Part shown: positions 49,394-55,284 of the stretch, in pieces
How positions within the stretch are numbered: the stretch's first letter is position 1
How the letters are laid out: each line of letters opens with the position of its first letter
From: a virus
Lineage: Duplodnaviria > Heunggongvirae > Uroviricota > Caudoviricetes
IMG/VR virus record: IMGVR_UViG_2648501186_000003
Location: 1-55,284 of that record
Direction: 5' to 3' (one strand)
DNA: 55,284 nucleotides
The notes under the pieces: model-generated
Seen by the model: only the letters and a program-made list of their open reading frames with translations
Told to the model about the DNA's origin: nothing
Databases searched by the model: none
Position numbers and translations under genes: made by a program

Positions 49394-49469
49394 TGGTGGC
49401 CCCTACCGGACTTGAACCGGTGACCGTGCGATTATGAGTCGCCAGCTCTAACCACTGAGCTAAAGGGCC
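49394..49469 (-). tRNA. tRNA with CAT anticodon (tRNA-Ile2 lysidine-type or Met), CCA encoded
   Basis: Cloverleaf folded by hand: 7-bp acceptor, D-arm GCTCAGTGGTTAGAGC, anticodon loop CTCATAA, T-arm CCGGTTCAAGTCCGG; resembles E. coli ileX as remembered. Confidence 0.8.
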
Positions 49470-49472
49470 GGA

Positions 49473-49580
49473 TTACTGTTTCCTGAGTGCTTCTATGACG
49501 CCAGCAATACCGCCTACAACTATGCCAGCAATGACAACGAGAACAATTGGATGCTTGTCAGCAAAATCCCAGAAGCCCAT
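49473..49580 (-). CDS. Tiny membrane peptide (35 aa), P1 tciC position
   Basis: ATG overlaps the upstream stop (TGATG); MGFWDFADKHPIVLVVIAGIVVGGIAGVIEALRKQ. Confidence 0.45.
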   Translation of the reverse strand: MGFWDFADKHPIVLVVIAGIVVGGIAGVIEALRKQ

Positions 49581-49744
49581 CACTGATCCTTAGAAGCTGT
49601 TTTTAATATCGGCCATACCAATGTTACAGCTACTGCCACCAACGCCCCGTCCGATAAAACTGACAGGATTGTGCTGGTGAAATCCACCAGCACGGACAGC
49701 AAGAGAAAACCAATGGCGATTGCGATACGTGCCTTGCTTGCCAT
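49580..49744 (-). CDS. Small membrane protein (54 aa), P1 tciB position
   Basis: ATG overlaps the tciA stop (TAATG); hydrophobic. Confidence 0.45.
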   Translation of the reverse strand: MASKARIAIAIGFLLLSVLVDFTSTILSVLSDGALVAVAVTLVWPILKTASKDQ

Positions 49745-50178
49745 TACAGATAATCTTCCACACGAAGACCTAAACGACGGCCTACTTCTTCCAGTACTTT
49801 GTGTTCTGCTGGCTCGATTTCACCGTCCGCTTCTGCAATTGTCAGCATGTTAACGAATACTTCTTCCGCTTCTTTTGGATCGTTTTTGATATCTTCAATT
49901 TCGCGAAGGATATTCATGCGACCAACACGGAAGCCAGCTTCCAGTTGCTCGGTAAAGCGGGTAATTGTTGCAGTAATTTCGTTACCAAAATGACTAAGAC
50001 GCGGATTAGAGCGGACAAGCTGATCAAGTTTCGCTGTTTCTTCTTTTTCGATTTCACCATCAGCGGCAGACACCAACAAACAGCCACCGATAATGGCCTC
50101 CATCAGATCGCGATTCTCAACTTTTTTCAGCTCTACTTTTGCAGAAGCGACTTTCTTGCCGAACAATTTACCGAACAT
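49744..50178 (-). CDS. tciA: TerB-like protein
   Basis: 144 aa with two TerB-like repeats (SAADGEIEKEE / AEADGEIEPAE). Confidence 0.65.
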   Translation of the reverse strand: MFGKLFGKKVASAKVELKKVENRDLMEAIIGGCLLVSAADGEIEKEETAKLDQLVRSNPRLSHFGNEITATITRFTEQLEAGFRVGRMNILREIEDIKNDPKEAEEVFVNMLTIAEADGEIEPAEHKVLEEVGRRLGLRVEDYL

Positions 50179-50319
50179 TGGTTATCCCTCAATAAAAGTG
50201 ACATATTTATTAGATTGCGGTACCGAGTGCCTCCCGGTGACGTTAACCAGTTAATAATTAACGCCGGAATGTTTAACCATTAAGGAGGATTGTTTTAACT
50301 GTTCCGCGTGCGCTTAGCC

Positions 50320-50396
50320 GCATTCACCGCAACGGAAAGAGCATTCCTGGTGGACCTGTAGATTGGGATATGAACCCGTTACAGGAGAATGCTCTT
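50320..50396. repeat. Copy 1 of a repeated hairpin element with a conserved 25-nt core (gtagattgggatatgaacccgttac)
   Basis: 10-bp stem (aagagcattc / gaatgctctt) encloses the core; shares the gcattcacc prefix with copy 2. Confidence 0.5.
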
Positions 50397-50580
50397 ACCT
50401 GTTACGTGCTCCGTTTCGTGGAGCTAACGGCGGGTGATCGGGCCGCACCAGACTGGACTTATTTCAGCGTTATGCTCATGCCAGAGAATCAAACTGTGAT
50501 GGTCGGTGCTGAACTCCGACACAGGGTTGTAGCAAGCCCCGCAAAGCGCGCACTACTGTAGTTGCGGCACATCAGCCTGT

Positions 50581-50680
50581 GCATTCACCACAATGTTGAG
50601 AACACTGGTTGTCACGCTGCAACGCAACATTTATTCGTAGATTGGGATATGACCCCGTTACGCCAGTGTTCTCAACGTTG
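50581..50680. repeat. Copy 2 of the repeated hairpin element (core gtagattgggatatgaccccgttac)
   Basis: 18-bp stem (caatgttgagaacactgg / ccagtgttctcaacgttg) encloses the core. Confidence 0.5.
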
Positions 50681-50827
50681 TAGTGCCGGTTACGGTTCCG
50701 GCCAGGCCTCTTCCTCAACGGGGTGTTCTCCATACGGACTACCGTTTATTGGTCGTTCCTGCGGTTTATGTTGTGAAGCCAGATGCTTATCTTCTGGTTG
50801 CTTCAAAGAGCTGCACTTCCTCACAAC

Positions 50828-50901
50828 GGTAAGGGTACTTCGTAGGGATTCGAACCCTCTGCCAAGCTCGGCGATCTCCGACGTCGCAAAATACCCTTAC
50901 C
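50828..50901 (-). ncRNA. tRNA-like element (canonical T-arm GGGTTCGAATCCC inside a 10-bp terminal stem); possible degenerate tRNA or processing hairpin
   Basis: Perfect 10-bp terminal inverted repeat GGTAAGGGTA/TACCCTTACC; no clean D or anticodon arm found by hand. Confidence 0.3.
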
Positions 50902-50909
50902 TGTTGTGT

Positions 50910-50984
50910 TGGTGCGGTTAACGGACTCGAACCGCTGACATCCTGCTTACAAGGCAGGCGCTCTACCAACTGAGCTAAACCGGC
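50910..50984 (-). tRNA. tRNA-Thr (anticodon TGT) with an imperfect acceptor stem
   Basis: D-arm GCTCAGTTGGTAGAGC, anticodon stem-loop CCTGC-CTTGTAA-GCAGG, T-arm GGTTCGAGTCC; the 3' acceptor strand appears one nt short. Confidence 0.65.
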
Positions 50985-50986
50985 AT

Positions 50987-51062
50987 TGGCGATGGTGGAT
51001 GGATTTGAACCATCGACCCGTTGATTAACAGTCAACTGCTCTAACCGCTGAGCTACACCATC
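50987..51062 (-). tRNA. tRNA-Asn (anticodon GTT)
   Basis: Acceptor GATGGTG/CACCATC, anticodon loop CTGTTAA, T-arm GATGGTTCAAATCCATC, CCA encoded; lies 2 nt upstream of tRNA-Thr. Confidence 0.8.
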
Positions 51063-51727
51063 ACTTGCCGGGTACGTCTCCGGCGAGGGCTTCCACCTCC
51101 GTATGCTTTTCGGCGCACCGCGCCCTGGCTGCAATTCGGTAACAGGGGATGCATAACCCTGGCTTCCAGCGTGATTAGCGCTTTCAGCATGACGGGATAT
51201 ACCCGTAAATTCGTGGAACTGTACCCAAAGTGCTGTTAAGCACCGCTGTTACGCTGAAAAGAAGACGCAACAGGAAAGGACGCTGACCAACAGATGGCCC
51301 CTTCTCGTTCATCTGGTTAATCACACCAGCGCCCTTACCTGTTGTGCCTCCCCGTTCCCTAATACACAGACGGGGACACTCTGCGGTCGATTTTTTGACG
51401 GGGGACGACTCATACCCCGTGGCGCCTGGCTTCTTAGGCCGCTACCATCATCAGATCATCGTTTGCATTTACTTTAATGGTCAGTTTCTAAACCGCCGCA
51501 AAGTCGCTAACCATGACGAAAACCCTGAAAAAAACGCCCACCCGAAGATGGGCAAACTGGAAGCTCGTAACGCACTTCGGCGTTGCCACTTAGGCGCATG
51601 GTCAACCTGGCAACTCGGTGGTTTGTCTGGGAGGACTAGGCCCAGCCATGCTTACCGCCGCGCCTATTGCGGCTAACAGCTAAATCGCTCTATAAATCAC
51701 GATTCATTGAGGCGATATTACACTAAT

Positions 51728-51744
51728 AAATATATTAGAGCAAT
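51728..51744 (-). promoter_or_regulatory. C1-operator-like site (16/17), overlapping a second divergent 14/17 site at 51716-51732
   Basis: aaatatattagagcaat, at the 3' end of dmt. Confidence 0.45.
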
Positions 51745-54700
51745 ATTGCTATAACGTCATGAGCAACACCACGAGTGTCTCCCTTACAGGACACAGAACG
51801 TCTGGCAAAAAGAGGTTCCACTCTGAAGCCACTGTCCTGATAAAGTTCTCTGATGTTTGGCGCGCCACTGTTAGTAATGAGAACCTTTGCACCTCGGCGA
51901 TGAGCATCCGTCAACAGAGACACCAGGCGTTTTTGCTCTTCAAACTTAAAGTCATGACCGGAATAGTTCGTGAACCCCTCTGTATTGGGGAGCGGTTCAT
52001 ACGGCGGATCGCAAAAGATGACATCTCCTTCTCCGGCAGCTTCAATCACCGCTGCAAAATCACCGCATACAAACTCAGACCGCCCTTCCGCACCGAGGAA
52101 GGCTTCCATCTCCTGTAATGGGAAATACGGAGTTTTATACTTCCCATAACCGACATTGAACTCACCGGCCTGGTTGTAACGCGTCAATCCGTTAAAACAA
52201 TGTCGGTTCAGGAACAAAAACGCCGCTGCGCGATGTAAATCATCATAGACTTGTTTGTTAAACGCATTCCGTACTGCCAGGTATCCTTCCTGTGTGTTGT
52301 AGTCCTGGAAGAAACGATGTGCCAGAGTGATAAGTGAATGCGCCTCGCGTTGCAGAGTCTTGTAAAAGTTAATCAGGTCAGCATTCACATCATTTAGCAG
52401 ATTTTCCTGGTATCCGGCATTCATGAAGACAGCTCCGCCACCAACGAAAGGTTCAATCAGGCGCTTCCCTTCTGGCAAATAGCGAAAGATTTGTTCCAGA
52501 ACACCAAATTTTCCACCAGCCCATTTGAATATGGACCGTTCGAATTCTGTCGCTGGTTTAACTTTTCGCTCTTTTGTTTCACTTCCTTCTTTCTGCCGAC
52601 ATACGGCCTTAGTAATCCGATCGCCAATCCAGCGCATTACTGGTATTGCCATACTATTGCCGATCGCTTTGTAACGCGATCCGTCAGCTGCAAGCATCGC
52701 GGCCTCTTCTTCGCTTAAATCTGGATAGTGATTGCGAAGGTATGCCAGTTCATCTGAAGAAACTTTTTTACGCTTTCCCGTAGGGATCAACGTATGCCAA
52801 TCAGGAAAACCTTGCAGCCTTTCACATTCGACAGGGGTAAGACGGCGCATTCTACCGTCGCCGAGCAATACAATTGGTGCTTCATGGTTACATGTCAAAG
52901 TTGGTGCCGAATTATCGGTTTTTATCTCAGCCCCTCCTTGCCCATGTGCCATGGCAACTATGTTTGTATCATCGCAAGATCTGATAGCGATGTTTGAAGT
53001 ATATCTGGTAGTTTCCTTCCCCTCGCCTCTACTCGGCGCAATATCCCGGCGCACGCCTTCGAACTCAAAAAGTACCGTTGCGGGATCGAGGTCTGTTCGA
53101 GCACTTGCGACAACAAACACGCGTCGGCGTCGTTGTGCCACTCCGAAGTATTGGGCATCAAGGATTCTCCAGGCCACCTTTCGCTGCGGTCCATAAATAC
53201 AACCACACTGCGGCCACTTTGGAGCATGGCAACCGGTTTTGACATCCCACCGCCAGAACGCGTTACTTTTTCCTGATTCAGGTCGCTCACCTGGTTCAAA
53301 TGGCGCATCTTCTCCAGCCAATCCGGCAAGGAAACATCCGAAGGCGTTATCTGCCGATGACAAGACTCCTGGGACATTTTCCCAGACGATAACGGCTGGT
53401 TTGAGAAATGACTCAGCCCGTTTGTCGTCAATTGCATTTGCAAGCTCCACATACTTTAAAGTTAGCGCGCCACGCTCATCATCAAGCCCACCACGTAATC
53501 CCGCGATACTGAATGCCTGACAGTTATGGACCACCGCACCATTGAGGATATAGGAATGATCACCTTCGACTTCTATGTTGTATACAGTATCTAGGCCTAC
53601 CGATTTAAACTCTTTGACTGTTCGTAAAAGCATTCCATGAGCCAATCTTGATTTACGTGACAATTTCTGCGGGCAGATTGTTACCTGATAATAATTCCGT
53701 TGATTTACCACGCGATCCTCGATCACTTTTTTGGGCTCAACTTCAATAAAGCTGACCGAAGAAACATAACCACAAGTCTGTGACACCCCCGCAACGCCCC
53801 AAGCAAGCGCAGGACTAACACTATTAATTCTAAATCCCGCTTTACCACTTGGTGTCCCATCAGTATCAAGATAGCCTTGTAAAAACACATGACGCAATGG
53901 ATGCGACATCACCCATGCAGGGATACGCTTAGCATGGCTTAACTCGCCAAAATGTTCATTAAGCCAATTGGCATAACACGTATCATTCAAGGTTACTTTG
54001 ATGCTCCCTCGGATTTCGCTTGCCACGGAAAATATGTTTTCTGGTATGCGGCAATGAAACTTTCTCAATTTCTGGCAATTTATGCCAAAAACAACCGCCT
54101 TCTTAGATTTACCTCTCCATCTCCTAATATATCCATCGCCAACATAAGCGCCCGCAAGATACATAGCCTGTTCTTCAGACAAGAACCGAGAACAAATATC
54201 TGGAGATGCAATATTGAAATTAGTTAGAGCGCACCATTGATATCCCGGCATATCACATGCTGCTCGCCATTCCGGTTCAGACAACAACTCTCTCTTAAAA
54301 TATGTGCCATTTTTCCGGGTGTTTTGGGCTTTCCACCGAACAGCCAGGAAGGGATGGTCATTGGTTGTTCTTATACCTAAAGGCTGCCCAACGGCATTAA
54401 GTAACCCCGTATTAGCTATTTTTGAACCAACTCTTTTTACTTGTTGTAACCGCCCGAGATGACTGACTACGTAATCGCCAGGGCAAACATCTTCTATTGG
54501 TTTATAACCATTTTTACAAAGAACCATATGCCCCGCGGTAAAACATGGTGTTCCCCCGACGAGCACGTCAGGGGATTCGATTTCCCCAGCCAAGACTTTT
54601 TTGGCAAGTTTTGTCATGTCGCCAAGGTTGGCGACATGGGGCCAGCGGAGCGCAAGAACGGCCGATGGAAAAGGCTCGATTTCAGCAAACCACGCCGGAC

Positions 54701-54776
54701 GCATACCCAACGTTTCCCAGGCAATACTCGCGGCTTCAATTCCACTGCAAACAGATCCATAGCACAGCTCTTTCAC
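51735..54776 (-). CDS. dmt: Bifunctional DNA methyltransferase: N-terminal C5-cytosine methyltransferase interrupted by an intein, C-terminal Dam-like N6-adenine methyltransferase
   Basis: C5 motifs: GGTP|intein|CQAFSIAG (PCQ) and ENV. Dam motifs: [23 protein letters not shown] start. Confidence 0.85.
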   Translation of the reverse strand: MKELCYGSVCSGIEAASIAWETLGMRPAWFAEIEPFPSAVLALRWPHVANLGDMTKLAKKVLAGEIESPDVLVGGTPCFTAGHMVLCKNGYKPIEDVCPGDYVVSHLGRLQQVKRVGSKIANTGLLNAVGQPLGIRTTNDHPFLAVRWKAQNTRKNGTYFKRELLSEPEWRAACDMPGYQWCALTNFNIASPDICSRFLSEEQAMYLAGAYVGDGYIRRWRGKSKKAVVFGINCQKLRKFHCRIPENIFSVASEIRGSIKVTLNDTCYANWLNEHFGELSHAKRIPAWVMSHPLRHVFLQGYLDTDGTPSGKAGFRINSVSPALAWGVAGVSQTCGYVSSVSFIEVEPKKVIEDRVVNQRNYYQVTICPQKLSRKSRLAHGMLLRTVKEFKSVGLDTVYNIEVEGDHSYILNGAVVHNCQAFSIAGLRGGLDDERGALTLKYVELANAIDDKRAESFLKPAVIVWENVPGVLSSADNAFGCFLAGLAGEDAPFEPGERPESGKSNAFWRWDVKTGCHAPKWPQCGCIYGPQRKVAWRILDAQYFGVAQRRRRVFVVASARTDLDPATVLFEFEGVRRDIAPSRGEGKETTRYTSNIAIRSCDDTNIVAMAHGQGGAEIKTDNSAPTLTCNHEAPIVLLGDGRMRRLTPVECERLQGFPDWHTLIPTGKRKKVSSDELAYLRNHYPDLSEEEAAMLAADGSRYKAIGNSMAIPVMRWIGDRITKAVCRQKEGSETKERKVKPATEFERSIFKWAGGKFGVLEQIFRYLPEGKRLIEPFVGGGAVFMNAGYQENLLNDVNADLINFYKTLQREAHSLITLAHRFFQDYNTQEGYLAVRNAFNKQVYDDLHRAAAFLFLNRHCFNGLTRYNQAGEFNVGYGKYKTPYFPLQEMEAFLGAEGRSEFVCGDFAAVIEAAGEGDVIFCDPPYEPLPNTEGFTNYSGHDFKFEEQKRLVSLLTDAHRRGAKVLITNSGAPNIRELYQDSGFRVEPLFARRSVSCKGDTRGVAHDVIAILL
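53523..54545 (-). mobile_element. Intein (341 aa) with LAGLIDADG homing-endonuclease domain, inserted in the PCQ motif of the C5-methyltransferase
   Basis: Starts CFTAGHMVL...PIEDV, has a TxxH block (TTNDHPF), [10 protein letters not shown] and [10 protein letters not shown] motifs, and ends [21 protein letters not shown] followed by Cys (+1). Confidence 0.8.
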
Positions 54777-55284
54777 TGCTTAGCCTCTCCACCAAGGGCA
54801 TTTACCAGAGCATCAACCAGGCACGAAATTTCACTGGTCAACAGGAAGAAATCTGCGTCCAGTCGCTGCGCTACATCTTCACTATCAATATCAGAGTTCT
54901 GATCAAGCAATTCATCCGCAAATTTGACGCTGGTAAGGCTGAAGTTATGGTCCAGTGTAAATTTAATGCGGTTCTGCCAGTCGAGTGCCAACTTAGTGAC
55001 GAGCTTGCCAGCTTCCAGGTGTGTGGAAATTTCATCGCTTCCCAAATCCTGCTTTTTCACTCGGGCAATACCGCCATCCTCAAGCACTGCCTTAAGTTCT
55101 GCCGCATCCCCCATTTGAAATCCCTGTGGAGCACTACCATCACGTACCCAGTCGGTCAGCGTTAATTCAATGGGATTTTCAACACTCAGGGGAACAACAG
55201 GAAGAGAACCCAGAGACTTACGCATAAGCGCGAGCATATCCTCTGCCTGCCGCGCGCTGGCATTGATATAGATACGTTTAGTTC
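54773..55284 (-). CDS. hrdC: RdgC-like recombination-associated protein, 5'-truncated by the window edge
   Basis: C-terminal 154 aa resemble E. coli RdgC as remembered ([25 protein letters not shown]...); frame is open to nt 55284. Confidence 0.7.
   Translation of the reverse strand, partial: TKRIYINASARQAEDMLALMRKSLGSLPVVPLSVENPIELTLTDWVRDGSAPQGFQMGDAAELKAVLEDGGIARVKKQDLGSDEISTHLEAGKLVTKLALDWQNRIKFTLDHNFSLTSVKFADELLDQNSDIDSEDVAQRLDADFFLLTSEISCLVDALVNALGGEAKQ

Noticed and set aside
50370-51134. Track ORFs 50370-50561, 50562-50921 and 50787-51134 (60-120 aa)
   Set aside because: They overlap the tRNA-Asn/Thr genes and the repeated hairpin elements; the translations have typical tRNA-derived composition (GSSP, LVERL).
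54545-55165. Plus-strand 206-aa ORF overlapping the dmt 5' end and hrdC
   Set aside because: Antisense to two well-supported genes (C5-methyltransferase motifs and RdgC-like sequence).

Overview
This window looks like about 55 kb of a P1-like temperate phage-plasmid, in reverse orientation relative to the usual P1 map; all calls rest on reading the sequence and ORF translations by eye and on remembered family motifs, with no database search run. Recognisable backbone, left to right: SSB, SAR endolysin, head protease/scaffold and portal, the 2255-aa DarB antirestriction protein, ulx/lxc-like ORFs, cra-cre, a lox site, coi-c1 (ImmC), pacB-pacA terminase, lpa, pdcB, doc-phd, Ppp phosphatase, tail/baseplate genes, Ban helicase, a tciA operon, three tRNAs, an intein-containing Dmt methyltransferase and a 5'-truncated RdgC-like hrdC. 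Accessory content stands out in four places. (1) An AT-rich SIR2-domain gene with an unassigned partner sits where P1 carries res/mod, and is the best candidate for an undescribed defence module. (2) A complete EcoR124-like Type IC hsdM-hsdS-hsdR cassette is inserted antisense to the flanking phage operons. (3) A HipA-family kinase and other unassigned ORFs lie at the left edge. (4) A cluster of glycosyltransferase-like genes surrounds ppp. Other notable features are a lox site with a non-canonical spacer, two inverted icd/antirepressor modules flanking cre-lox-c1, and many C1-operator-like 17-mers. No CRISPR array, rRNA or IS element was seen.
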